Assembly (NCBI GenBank): GCA_020849895.1
Contig: JADZFN010000052.1
Location: 5,797-69,796, forward strand
Reading direction: 5' to 3'
Origin: Verrucomicrobiia bacterium
GTDB taxonomy: Bacteria; Verrucomicrobiota; Verrucomicrobiia; JABWAM01
DNA length: 64,000 nucleotides
Every line of letters starts with the position of its first letter. Within the stretch, counting starts at the first letter, position 1. The notes beneath the pieces were generated by a model. It did no database searches. It saw only the letters and a program-made list of their open reading frames with translations, and was not told the DNA's origin. A program made the translations under genes and the position numbers. Positions 29,105 through 42,359 of this stretch are shown piece after piece.

Positions 29105-29133
29105 TTGTGAATTGGCATGGAGATTGCTATATT
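29105..29133 (+). promoter_or_regulatory. candidate dnaK promoter: overlapping sigma54-like (TGGCAT-N5-TTGCT) and sigma70-like (TTGTGA-N17-TATATT) readings
   Basis: The -24/-12 GG…GC spacing matches the RpoN consensus exactly, with one mismatch in the -24 box. The same DNA also reads as a sigma70-like -35/-10 pair with a 17-bp spacer. Lies 30-60 nt upstream of dnaK ATG. Confidence 0.35.
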
Positions 29134-29163
29134 AGTCCTTCACTTTTCAAATAAGGACTCTCT

Positions 29164-31098
<1,935 letters not shown>

Positions 31099-31120
31099 CG
31101 ATTTTCAGACTTTCGCCAGA

Positions 31121-31147
31121 GGCGCGCCGCCGACGCGGCGGCGCGTC
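31121..31147 (+). terminator. GC-rich hairpin after dnaK (10-bp stem, 3-nt loop, no U-tract)
   Basis: CGCGCCGCCG-ACG-CGGCGGCGCG, 22 nt after the dnaK stop. Confidence 0.3.
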
Positions 31148-31291
31148 CGGGCGGATCGCAAACCCAAGGACACGGAGGAGAACGCAACGCAACCCAACCC
31201 AGCCATCGCCCGCCGCGGGGGGACCGCCCCTCCGTGTCCGCGAACCTTTCCCCGCGAAGCGGCGGCGGCCGGAACCCAGAAACAACCACGA

Positions 31292-33234
<1,943 letters not shown>

Positions 33235-33264
33235 GCCGCGCTTCCCTCCCTTAACCCTCAACCC

Positions 33265-33305
33265 AAAGGGGCGTCCCGGGCAACCGGGGCGCCCCTTTTG
33301 CTTTG
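33265..33305 (+). terminator. intrinsic terminator after groEL
   Basis: AAAGGGGCG…CGCCCCTTTTGCTTT: a 9-bp GC stem with inner sub-stem followed by a U-tract. Confidence 0.6.
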
Positions 33306-33487
33306 GGGCGGAAAGGCCCTTCGCACGCCGAAGGCTTTTCACATCGTCCCGGCAACTTTCAAGGAATCTTCCGGAGGAAGGCGGCCGCCTTTCGGCGGAG
33401 AAGCGGACCGCTCCGCCCGCAGCGCCGAAGCCAAGGCAAGCTTCTCAAAAAACCCGAAGGCTTCCCTCGCAGAGAGGACCCTCCATC

Positions 33488-34876
33488 CTATTTCAGCGCG
33501 TGAAGAGGCAATCCGAGCCACGACTCGGCGGCTTCATGAAACGCTTCGGAAAAAGAGGGATGGGCGTGGATCACCTGGGCGATCTCGGCAACCTTGAGCT
33601 TGTGGCGCACCGCGAGCGCGGCCTCCTGGATCAGTTCCGTCGCGTGCGGACCGACAAAGGTCGCCCCGATTACACAGCCGTCCTCCGTCGCCACGAGACG
33701 GGCCCAGCCTTCGGTCTCGCCGCAGGCGCGCCCCAGCCCGCTCGCGAGATAAGGAAAGGAGGCGACACGGGTGCCTTCCTCGGCGCGCTCGGCCGTTACG
33801 CCGACCGACGCCGCTTCGGGATGCGTGTAGACACCGTACGGCACGACGGAACGGTCGTCTTCCGAGGAGAATCCGGTGGCGCCATCGGCGGCCACCAAGC
33901 CCATCCGCTGCGCGAGATGCGCGAACTGCCGTTTCTCAGCCACGTCGCCGACCGCATAGATGTGGGGCACGTTTGTGCGGCACGCCGCGTCCACGGGGAT
34001 GATCCCGTCGGCCACGCGAACGCCCGCCTCTTCCAAGCCGAGGCCTTCCGTATTCGGCGTCCGCCCTAGGGCGACGATTACGCGCGCGGCCTCGACCACC
34101 GGCCCGTGATCGAGAAGGCACGTGACCGCGAATTCGGAGCAGGAAACTTCCGCCACCATTCGCTCCGTAAGCACGGTGACTCCCCGACGCGCGAGGCTAC
34201 GCGTCACGGCCTGAGAGACGTCCCGTTCCCACCCCGCCAGCAGTCTCGGCATGCACTCGACGATCGTCGTGGGAATTCCAAGCTCCGAAAAAATCGTGGC
34301 GAACTCGCAGCCGATCACACCGCCTCCGACGATGAGCACGCTCGGAGGCAGGTCGGTCGCAACGGCGGCCTCCTCGCTGGTCTGGACGCGCGGGTCGCTC
34401 CACGGAAAGAGGCCGGGGCGCACGGGGCGCGCGCCGGTGGCGAGGATCAGGGATTTGGCCTCGAGGCGGACGACGCCCTCCACCGTAGCCACCTCAAGGG
34501 CGAAAGGTCCCACCAGCTTTCCGCGTCCAAGGAAAAGCTCCACGCGGCGGGCTTTCACGAGGCTTTCGACGCCCTTACGGAGGACTCCGACGGTCCGGGC
34601 GACGCGCGCCATGAAGGCGGGACCGTAGGGCGCCAGCGGAGGGCCGGAAAGCCCGAACTCCGTAGCGCGGGTGCTTTGCCATCGGAGATGGCTGGCGGCG
34701 AGCATGGCTTTCGTCGGGATGCAACCGGTGTTCAGACAGGTCCCGCCGAGGGCGGCGGCCTCAACAAGGGCGACGCGGGCGCCGCGTTGGGCGCCGCGCA
34801 GCGCAGCGGCGTATCCTCCCGGACCGCCTCCGAGGACGACGATATCGAAGGGACGGGGCGAATTTACCGAAGTCAT
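33488..34876 (-). CDS. lpd: dihydrolipoyl dehydrogenase
   Basis: FAD-binding GGGPGG, redox-active disulfide GTCLNTGCIPTK, and HAHPSFSE dimerisation motif. ATG at 34876. Confidence 0.85.
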   Translation of the reverse strand: MTSVNSPRPFDIVVLGGGPGGYAAALRGAQRGARVALVEAAALGGTCLNTGCIPTKAMLAASHLRWQSTRATEFGLSGPPLAPYGPAFMARVARTVGVLRKGVESLVKARRVELFLGRGKLVGPFALEVATVEGVVRLEAKSLILATGARPVRPGLFPWSDPRVQTSEEAAVATDLPPSVLIVGGGVIGCEFATIFSELGIPTTIVECMPRLLAGWERDVSQAVTRSLARRGVTVLTERMVAEVSCSEFAVTCLLDHGPVVEAARVIVALGRTPNTEGLGLEEAGVRVADGIIPVDAACRTNVPHIYAVGDVAEKRQFAHLAQRMGLVAADGATGFSSEDDRSVVPYGVYTHPEAASVGVTAERAEEGTRVASFPYLASGLGRACGETEGWARLVATEDGCVIGATFVGPHATELIQEAALAVRHKLKVAEIAQVIHAHPSFSEAFHEAAESWLGLPLHALK

Positions 34877-35274
34877 GCCAGGAGGTCCGTAGGACGGGAT
34901 ACTGCGGAGAGCCTCCGGCGCTGTCAACGACTCGCCCTTGGGACGGACGGGCGCGAGAGAAAAATGTGTCTCGTCTTTCCCGGCGGGAGTGGATCCGAAG
35001 CCACCGGCATCGGGCCGCCTCGGGTTCGGAATTGGAGAACGCGCGTCCTCTGCTCCCGTCTCGCATCTCTTCTCCTCCCTCCCTCTTCCCGCTTCGAGCT
35101 TCGTGCTTCGTGCTTCTTCGAAGTGGCGGACTGTCGTCCTCGGCGACCTCGGATCAATCCCCGCCGGAGCGCTTGAGTCGCCTCTTCTCCCAACATTCTC
35201 GTTCCCCTGCCCCTTCGCGCCTGCTGCCGCGTTTGGCGTTGAAAAGGTCGCGGGCGTCGGGTAGAGCCATCGCG

Positions 35275-36585
35275 ATGTCTTCTTCTGCACGTCCGCAGCC
35301 TTCGGTGGACAACGTGATCGCCGTGATCATGGGCGGCGGCCAGGGGACGCGGCTCGCGCCGCTCACCCGTCTGCGCGCGAAACCCGCGGTGCCGCTGGGG
35401 GCGAAGTTTCGCCTCGTGGACATCCCGATCAGCAACTGCATCAATTCGGACATCCGTCGGATCTATCTCCTGACGCAGTTCAACAGCGCCTCGCTGCACC
35501 GCCACATCCTCCAGGCCTATCGCTTCGACCGTTTCTCCCGGGGTTTCATCGAAATCTGCGCGGCGCAGCAGACGCTCGATAACCTGGGCTGGTATCAAGG
35601 GACGGCGGACGCCGTGCGGCGCAACCTGCGTTACATCGCCGACATGCGGCCCGAATATGTGGTGATCCTCTCGGGCGATCAACTCTATCGGATGGATTAC
35701 CGCCTCCTCCTGCAGCAGCACGTGGAGACGGAAGCGGAGATCACGGTGGCGGCGATTCCCGTGCCAACGGACGCCGCGGGCGGCCTGGGCATCCTCCAGA
35801 CCGACGATCACGGGCGCATCATTCGCTTCGTGGAAAAACCGAAGGATGCGGCGACACGGGAATCGCTGCGCATGCCTTCCGCGCTGCGACGGCGCCTCCG
35901 ACCGGAGAAGAGGACCGGCGACTGTCTCGCCTCGATGGGAATCTACGTATTCAACGCCGACGTGCTCACGGAGACGCTCGCCAACGACCGCGTGGACTTC
36001 GGCAAGGACATTCTCCCCTCCTCGATCGCGTCGCGGCGGGTCTTCGCTTACCTCTTTCAAGGCTACTGGGAGGACATCGGGACGATCCGGGCGTTCTTCG
36101 AGGCGAACCTCCTGATCACCAAGCCGAACCCGCCGTTTAACTTCTTCGATCTTCAGTCGCCCATCTACACCCGCGCGCGCCATCTGCCCGCCTCGCTGGT
36201 GAGCGGCGGAAGCTTCAAGGAAACCGTGATCGCCGAAGGCTGCCTCATCGGCGCGGGGGTGCGGATCGAGCGGACTCTCGTGGGGATCCGTTCGCTGATC
36301 GGCGAGGCGTGCGACCTGAAAGAGTGCGTCCTGATGGGCAACGACCATTTCGAAGACGCGCCTGCCTCGCACGAGGGAAATTCGAACGAAACCCCTCCTC
36401 TCGGCATCGGCGCGCGATGCGTGATCCGCCGGACGATCGTGGATAAAAACGTCCACATCGGGGCGGATTGCGCGATCTCTCCCGAAGGCAAGCCCGACCG
36501 GGTGGACGAAGAACTCTACTGCATCCGCGACGGAATCGTCGTCATCCCGAAAGGGACGATCATCCCCGCCGGAACGAAGATCTGA
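35275..36585 (+). CDS. glgC: glucose-1-phosphate adenylyltransferase
   Basis: N-terminal nucleotidyltransferase motif (GGQGTRLAPLT…KPAVP) plus C-terminal left-handed beta-helix. Confidence 0.85.
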   Translation: MSSSARPQPSVDNVIAVIMGGGQGTRLAPLTRLRAKPAVPLGAKFRLVDIPISNCINSDIRRIYLLTQFNSASLHRHILQAYRFDRFSRGFIEICAAQQTLDNLGWYQGTADAVRRNLRYIADMRPEYVVILSGDQLYRMDYRLLLQQHVETEAEITVAAIPVPTDAAGGLGILQTDDHGRIIRFVEKPKDAATRESLRMPSALRRRLRPEKRTGDCLASMGIYVFNADVLTETLANDRVDFGKDILPSSIASRRVFAYLFQGYWEDIGTIRAFFEANLLITKPNPPFNFFDLQSPIYTRARHLPASLVSGGSFKETVIAEGCLIGAGVRIERTLVGIRSLIGEACDLKECVLMGNDHFEDAPASHEGNSNETPPLGIGARCVIRRTIVDKNVHIGADCAISPEGKPDRVDEELYCIRDGIVVIPKGTIIPAGTKI

Positions 36586-36599
36586 AAATCCGAAAGACC

Positions 36600-37127
36600 A
36601 TGGCCTCCAAAATCATTTCGTTTCACTACCAATTGACCGTGGGCGACGGCAAGACACTCGACTCCTCCGAAGGACGCGAACCGATGACCTTCATGTCGGG
36701 CGTGCGTCAGATCATCCCAGGATTAGAGGTCCAGCTCGTCGCGATGAAGCCGGGTGAACGCAAACGGATCGAGCTCAAGGCCGCCGACGCCTATGGCGCG
36801 CGCGATTTGCGAAAAATCGTCAAGGTCCCCCGCGCCCAGCTCGCAGCGGACGGTAAGGTCGCAGTCGGCGACCGTTTTCGCGCGTCGGAAAATCCTCACG
36901 CGCCACCGTTCGTCGTGACGAACGTCACCGAGACGCACGCGACGCTCGACGCGAACCATCCGCTCGCCGGTGTGGATCTGAATTTCAACGTGGAGATCAC
37001 CGCGATCCGCGACGCGACTCACGAAGAACTCGCCCATGGACATGCACACGAGCAAAGCGGCCATGCGCACGGCCACGGCGATCATCAGGGATGCGGCTCC
37101 GGCGGCTGCGGGTGTCACGGGCACTGA
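36600..37127 (+). CDS. slyD: FKBP-type peptidyl-prolyl isomerase SlyD with His/Cys-rich metal-binding tail
   Basis: FKBP domain with IF insert and C-terminal HGHAHEQSGHAHGHGDHQGCGSGGCGCHGH tail. Confidence 0.8.
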   Translation: MASKIISFHYQLTVGDGKTLDSSEGREPMTFMSGVRQIIPGLEVQLVAMKPGERKRIELKAADAYGARDLRKIVKVPRAQLAADGKVAVGDRFRASENPHAPPFVVTNVTETHATLDANHPLAGVDLNFNVEITAIRDATHEELAHGHAHEQSGHAHGHGDHQGCGSGGCGCHGH

Positions 37128-37310
37128 CCGCAATCGGACGGGGACCGCGGTGATCGGTTTCCCCCGCGCCTGAGGAAGCGGTTCGGCTCCGCCGAATGTT
37201 TTCGGGGATGGGCCGCTTCGGTTTACGACCTCCCTGTCCTCCGTCCGTTCCTCCGCGCCGCGCAAAATCCTCTGGCTGCGCCATGCGGTAGCGCGTAAGC
37301 TCCGCGTCCC

Positions 37311-38381
37311 ATGGCAAACGCTCTCGGATTCGGCATTCTTGGTGCGGGGATGATCGCCCCGTTTCACGCGAAATCAGTCAAAGCTTCCCAAGGCGGAAGG
37401 CTCGTCGCCTTCTGCGACATGGCGAAAGACCGTGTCGAGAAAATCTCCGCAGAATACGACGTGAAGGCTTACACCTTGCTCGACGACATGCTTAAGGATC
37501 CCGAAGTCCATGTGGTCAACGTCTGTCTCCCGAACCACCTCCACCACGCGGCAGTGATCAAGTGCGCCGCTGCGGGGCGGCACGTGCTCACCGAGAAACC
37601 GCCGGCGATGACGCTGCGCGAAACCGACGACATGATCGCCGCCTGCCGACGGGCGAACGTGAAGTTCGGTTGCACGGTCCAGTGCCGAGTGCGCGAAGCG
37701 ATCCAGGCGATCCGCACGGCGATCGCCCAAGGCCGCTTCGGCAAGCTCCTTCACGCCGACGCTTACATGAAGTGGTTTCGCTCCGTCGAGTATTACCACA
37801 GCGAAGCCTGGCGCAGCTCCCGAAAATCGGGCGCGGGAGTCACCGTCCAACACGCCTTCCACTACGTGGACCTGCTCCAATACCTGATGGGGCCCGCGAA
37901 GCGGGTGCAGGCGCGGATGGACAACCTCGCCCATCCGGACGTGCGGCTCGAAGACACCCTCCTCGCCTTCGTGGACTTCCAAAACGGCGCGCAAGGGGTC
38001 GTTCAAGCCTCCACAGCCCTCTGGCCCGGCACCGACATCCGCATCGAAGTAAACGGCGTGGACGGCACCGCGATCGTCGTCGGCGAGAGGATGACCACCT
38101 GGAAGTTTCGTGAAGATCGGCCCGAAGACGAGGCGATCCGCCGCCTCGGCGATGCGGCGCAGGCGACGGGCGCCTCCAGCCCGACGGCGCTCGGGTTTGC
38201 CGACCACGGGGTGGTCGTCCAGGACATGATTGACGCGGTGAACACGAACCGCGAAGTGGTCATCCCCGTTTCCTCCGTCCGTCCGACCCTCGAGATGGTG
38301 CTTGCGATGTATCAGTCGGCGGCAAAGCGCCAGCCCGTGGACCTGCCGGTCATAGACGACGATTCGATCTGGGAGATGTGA
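37311..38381 (+). CDS. Gfo/Idh/MocA family NAD(P)-dependent oxidoreductase
   Basis: N-terminal Rossmann motif (GFGILGAGMIA) and EKP motif. Confidence 0.75.
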   Translation: MANALGFGILGAGMIAPFHAKSVKASQGGRLVAFCDMAKDRVEKISAEYDVKAYTLLDDMLKDPEVHVVNVCLPNHLHHAAVIKCAAAGRHVLTEKPPAMTLRETDDMIAACRRANVKFGCTVQCRVREAIQAIRTAIAQGRFGKLLHADAYMKWFRSVEYYHSEAWRSSRKSGAGVTVQHAFHYVDLLQYLMGPAKRVQARMDNLAHPDVRLEDTLLAFVDFQNGAQGVVQASTALWPGTDIRIEVNGVDGTAIVVGERMTTWKFREDRPEDEAIRRLGDAAQATGASSPTALGFADHGVVVQDMIDAVNTNREVVIPVSSVRPTLEMVLAMYQSAAKRQPVDLPVIDDDSIWEM

Positions 38382-38400
38382 TGTCCGGGCCGCGGGGCGA

Positions 38401-40635
38401 TTAGAGCTTCTGGGCGATCTTCTCGATCTGGAAGGCTTCGATGGTGTCGCCGGGCTCGAAGTCGTTGAAGTTCTCGACGCGGATGCCGCATTCGAGGCCG
38501 GTGCGCACCTCGTTCACGTCGTCCTGGAAACGGCGCAGGCTGCCGATGCCGCCCTCGAACAGGACGTTGCGCCGGCGGACGACGCGCACGCGGGCGCGGC
38601 GTTCGATGCGCCCGTGGCTGACGAGGCAGCCGGCGATGACGCCGCCCTTGGAGACTTCGAAGACCTGCTTGACCTCGGCCTGGCCGAGCGAAACGAGCCG
38701 CGTCTCGGGGTCGAGGAGACCGGCCATGATCTCCTGAAGTTTGTCCATGATCTCGTAAATGATGCGAAAAAGCTGGATCTGCACGCCTTCGCGCTTGGCG
38801 GCCTCGGCGGCGGCGGGGTCCACCTTGACCTGGAAACCGATGATGAGCGCCTTCGAGGCGCCCGCGAGCAGCACGTCCGACTCGGTGATCGGGCCGACGG
38901 CGGCGTGGATCACATCCACCTTCACCTTCGCCTGAGGCAGCTTGACGACGGACTGGGCGATCGCCTCGGCGGAGCCCTGGACGTCGGCCTTGAGGATGAC
39001 CTTGAGAAGCTTGCGGTTGTCAGCGGTGTTCGTGAGAAGGTCTTCGAGCGTGAGGCGGCGAGGGCCTTCGAGCTTCGAGGCGCGGAGCTGCTCGTGCTGG
39101 GCTTCGCTGTGCGCGCGGGCGACGATGTCGGATTCGACGACGCGAAAGGCGGCGCCCGCCTCGGGAACGCCGGAAAGCCCGACGATTTTCGCGGGCTGGG
39201 CGGGTTCGACAAGCTTGATCGCCTTGCCGTGGTCGTCCATGAGCGCCCTCACGCGGGCCCAATGCGGCCCGACGATCAGGGCGTCGCCGACGCGGAGGGC
39301 GCCGCGGCGGACGAGGACGGTGGCGGTGGCACCTCGGCCGGGCTCCATCTGAGCCTCGATCACGACGCCTTCGGCGGCGCCGGTCTTCTCCGCCTTGAGC
39401 TCCATGATCTCGGCCTGGAGGAGGATCATCTCGAGCAGGTCGCTGACGCCGGTCTTCTTCGTGGCGGAAACGGGTACGGTGATCGTCTTGCCTCCCCAAT
39501 CCTCGGAGGCGAGGTCCTTCTCCTGAAGCTGTTTTTTAACGCGATCGAGCATCCGCTGGGAGGCCTCGAGGTCCATCTTCGTGATCGCGACGATGATGGG
39601 GGCGGCGGCGGCGCGCGCATGATTGAGGGCCTCGATGGTTTGAGGCATGAGCCCTTCGTTGCCGGCGACGACAAGCACGACGATGTCGGTGATGTTGGCG
39701 CCGCGGACGCGCATCGCGGTGAAGGCCTCGTGGCCGGGCGTATCAATGAAGGTGATGCGGCGCGGCGGAGCGTCCTTGTCGGCCTTGGGATCCGGCGGAA
39801 GCGTCACGACGTAAGCGCCAATGTGCTGGGTAATCCCGCCCGCTTCGTCGGCCACGACGTTGGCCTTGCGGATCGCATCGAGAAGGGAGGTCTTGCCGTG
39901 GTCCACGTGCCCCATGATCGTAACGACGGGAGGGCGTCCGGCGAGGATCTTGTCCTTGCGCTTCAGCTCGGCGTTTTTTTCGGAGGTCTTGACCGGCAGA
40001 ACGGGCTTGGGTGTTTCGAGGGCGCGCTCGCGTTCGAGTCGAAAGCCGTGCTTTTCGCAAACCTTTCGCGCCATCTCAAAATCGAGAGGCTGATTGATGG
40101 TGACGAGGATCTTCAGCGCCATCAGATCGCTGATGAGATTGAAGGGACGAAGGCTCATCCCCATCGCGAGGTCGCGCACCGTCAGCGGAGTTTTGAAGGC
40201 GATGATGCGACTTTCGGCGGATTTGGCGGGCTTTGACGACGCCGCCGGGGCGTCCTCCTTCGCCTTCGGCGCTTCCGCAGGCACCGGGGAGGGCGCGGGA
40301 GGAGGCGCTGGGAGAGGAAGCGGCGCTTGCGGTTCGTCGACTTCCGCTTTTTCCGGAGGCGCGAGAGCTTGGAGCGGCGCCTCGGGCTTCAATGGCTTCG
40401 CCTTTTCGGCGGCTGTTTCCGACGGCTTTTCGGCATGCGGCTTAGCCGGTTTGGCCGGAGGTTTGTGCGCTTTCTCGGAGGGCTTCGCCGCGGAATTTTT
40501 TTTCTTTTCGGATGAAAGCTTGTGGGCGGCCGGTTTGACAGCCGGTTTGGCCGGCGGCTTGGACGCAGAGGCTTTCGCATCCTTTGGTTTCGCCGCGGCA
40601 GACTTGGCGTCGGAAACTTTCTTGGGCGAGGACAT
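38401..40635 (-). CDS. infB: translation initiation factor IF-2
   Basis: Low-complexity Ala/Pro/Lys N-terminus, GTPase G-domain ([18 protein letters not shown]) and IF2 C-terminal domains. Confidence 0.95.
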   Translation of the reverse strand: MSSPKKVSDAKSAAAKPKDAKASASKPPAKPAVKPAAHKLSSEKKKNSAAKPSEKAHKPPAKPAKPHAEKPSETAAEKAKPLKPEAPLQALAPPEKAEVDEPQAPLPLPAPPPAPSPVPAEAPKAKEDAPAASSKPAKSAESRIIAFKTPLTVRDLAMGMSLRPFNLISDLMALKILVTINQPLDFEMARKVCEKHGFRLERERALETPKPVLPVKTSEKNAELKRKDKILAGRPPVVTIMGHVDHGKTSLLDAIRKANVVADEAGGITQHIGAYVVTLPPDPKADKDAPPRRITFIDTPGHEAFTAMRVRGANITDIVVLVVAGNEGLMPQTIEALNHARAAAAPIIVAITKMDLEASQRMLDRVKKQLQEKDLASEDWGGKTITVPVSATKKTGVSDLLEMILLQAEIMELKAEKTGAAEGVVIEAQMEPGRGATATVLVRRGALRVGDALIVGPHWARVRALMDDHGKAIKLVEPAQPAKIVGLSGVPEAGAAFRVVESDIVARAHSEAQHEQLRASKLEGPRRLTLEDLLTNTADNRKLLKVILKADVQGSAEAIAQSVVKLPQAKVKVDVIHAAVGPITESDVLLAGASKALIIGFQVKVDPAAAEAAKREGVQIQLFRIIYEIMDKLQEIMAGLLDPETRLVSLGQAEVKQVFEVSKGGVIAGCLVSHGRIERRARVRVVRRRNVLFEGGIGSLRRFQDDVNEVRTGLECGIRVENFNDFEPGDTIEAFQIEKIAQKL

Positions 40636-40644
40636 AATGGGCGG

Positions 40645-41988
40645 TTAGGCCGACGGAGCCTCGTCCTTCTTTTCAGCCTCGGAAGGCTCGGACACGGATT
40701 CAGCGGGGGCCGCTGCTCCGAAGGTTTCCGCCGCCGGCGCCGCTGGGGCGAGCCGAAGGGCGATCTGATGGATGGCGCGCCCCTGATCGGCGGTGATCCC
40801 TTCGACCGCCGCGAGATCGGAGGGTTGCGCCTCTTGAATGGCCTCGACACTGTTGAGACCGCATGCCACGAGCGCGGCGGCGATTTTTTCGGGCACATCG
40901 AGCCGTCGGGCGAGTTCGACCGTGGCGGCACGCATCTGTTCCGCAAACGCCACGTCGGTGGATTCATCGCGCTCGATGGCGACATGCCACCCGACGAGTT
41001 TGGAAGTGAGCCGGGCATTCTGGCCGCGCTTGCCGACGGCGGCAGCGAGGTCTTCGGCGGCGAGTCGGACGACGACGCGGCGGCCGGATTCGTCCAGATC
41101 AATCTTCTTGATCTTGGCAGGCTTCAAGGCCTCGGCAACGAAATCGCGGATGTTGGCGTACCAACGGATGATGTCCACCTTCTCGCCACTGAGCTCGCGG
41201 ACGATGTTTTTCACGCGCGAGCCTTTCATGCCAACGCAGGCGCCGACGGGGTCCACCTTGTCGTCATTGGAATGAACGGCCATCTTGGTGCGGAAACCGG
41301 CCTCGCGAGCGAGTCCCTTGATCTCGACGGTCTTGTCGGCGATCTCGCTGACTTCAAGCTCGAACAGGCGGCGAACGAACTCGGGACTCCCTCGCGAAAG
41401 GATGATCTCGGGGCCGTGGCCCTGATTCTCGACGGCGAGGACGTAGGCGCGGAGGCGCTCGTTGATCTGGTAGTCCTCGGTGCTCACGCGTTCCCGGCTG
41501 GGGAGGCGGGCCTCGAACCGCCCGAGGTCCACGAATACATCGCTCTTGTCGAAGCGGCGGACGGTTCCGCTGACGATGTCGCCGACGCGGTCCTTGAACT
41601 CGACGAAGATGCGCTCTTTCTCGGCGGAGCGCTGACGCTGGAGGATGGACTGGCGCGCAGTCTGGGTGGCGATACGGCCGAAGTCTCTCACGACCAGCGG
41701 ATACTCGATCTCGTCACCCGCTCGGGCGTCGGGCTTCAGCCGCCGAGCGCGGAGCACGGGAATTTCACCCTGTGGATCCTTGACGGCCTCGACGACGATG
41801 AGCTTTGCGGAGGCGCGAATCTCCCCGCTCTTCGGGTCAATGCTCACGGAGATCCCCCGAGTGGGTTGTTCCCGGCCCTTCAAGGCGGCCGCGATAATCC
41901 CCTCCTCGAGAGCCTTGATCATGGTGGCTCGATCAATGCCCTTTTCCCTTTCGTAATAATCCAAAAGTGTGATGAGTTCGCCGTTCAT
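40645..41988 (-). CDS. nusA: transcription termination/antitermination factor NusA
   Basis: NusA N-terminal, S1 and 2xKH domains with acidic C-terminal repeats. ATG at 41988 (MNGELITLLDYYEREKGI). Confidence 0.9.
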   Translation of the reverse strand: MNGELITLLDYYEREKGIDRATMIKALEEGIIAAALKGREQPTRGISVSIDPKSGEIRASAKLIVVEAVKDPQGEIPVLRARRLKPDARAGDEIEYPLVVRDFGRIATQTARQSILQRQRSAEKERIFVEFKDRVGDIVSGTVRRFDKSDVFVDLGRFEARLPSRERVSTEDYQINERLRAYVLAVENQGHGPEIILSRGSPEFVRRLFELEVSEIADKTVEIKGLAREAGFRTKMAVHSNDDKVDPVGACVGMKGSRVKNIVRELSGEKVDIIRWYANIRDFVAEALKPAKIKKIDLDESGRRVVVRLAAEDLAAAVGKRGQNARLTSKLVGWHVAIERDESTDVAFAEQMRAATVELARRLDVPEKIAAALVACGLNSVEAIQEAQPSDLAAVEGITADQGRAIHQIALRLAPAAPAAETFGAAAPAESVSEPSEAEKKDEAPSA

Positions 41989-42000
41989 GGTTTTGCTCCC

Positions 42001-42030
42001 GAAACAAAAAAGCGGGCTTGTGACCCGCTT
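42001..42030 (-). terminator. intrinsic terminator immediately upstream of the nusA RBS (minus strand)
   Basis: Minus-strand reading AAGCGGG-UCACAAG-CCCGCUU followed by UUUUGUUUC. Ends 12 nt before the nusA ATG. Confidence 0.5.
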
Positions 42031-42359
42031 TCGCATCGGGCTGCCGCCATCTTGTGGGTTAATCATCCTAGCTGGAAGCGGGCCGGTCTGTCAACGCCCG
42101 CCGCATGCCTAAAAATCGGACGGGCGGGCGGCCCATTTGTCGGCCGCTGTTCGGAAACAACGAACATGAAGAGCCGGACGACCCGCGGGAACGCGGACCC
42201 TCCATTCTTCGATCTTCGGACTTCCCCTCCCTCCCTTCGAACTCTCAACTCCCAGCATCAAACTTCGAACTTTTCATCGGGAAAGCCGCCATCCTCGGCG
42301 GCCCCGAATCCGCCTCCGCTGAGAGCGTCCGAGCTACATCTCCCCCCCAACACTTTGGC

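Noticed and set aside
28820-29163. CIRCE (TTAGCACTC-N9-GAGTGCTAA) or HAIR (CTTGAGT-N7-ACTCAAG) heat-shock operators upstream of dnaK and groES
   Set aside because: Searched both intergenic regions by eye on both strands. No match better than 5/9 per arm.
42031-42359. Initiator tRNA (metY-like) or rimP upstream of nusA as in E. coli
   Set aside because: No T-loop (GGTTCGAATCC or its complement) or cloverleaf in the region. The only ORF (61 aa) has no RimP features.
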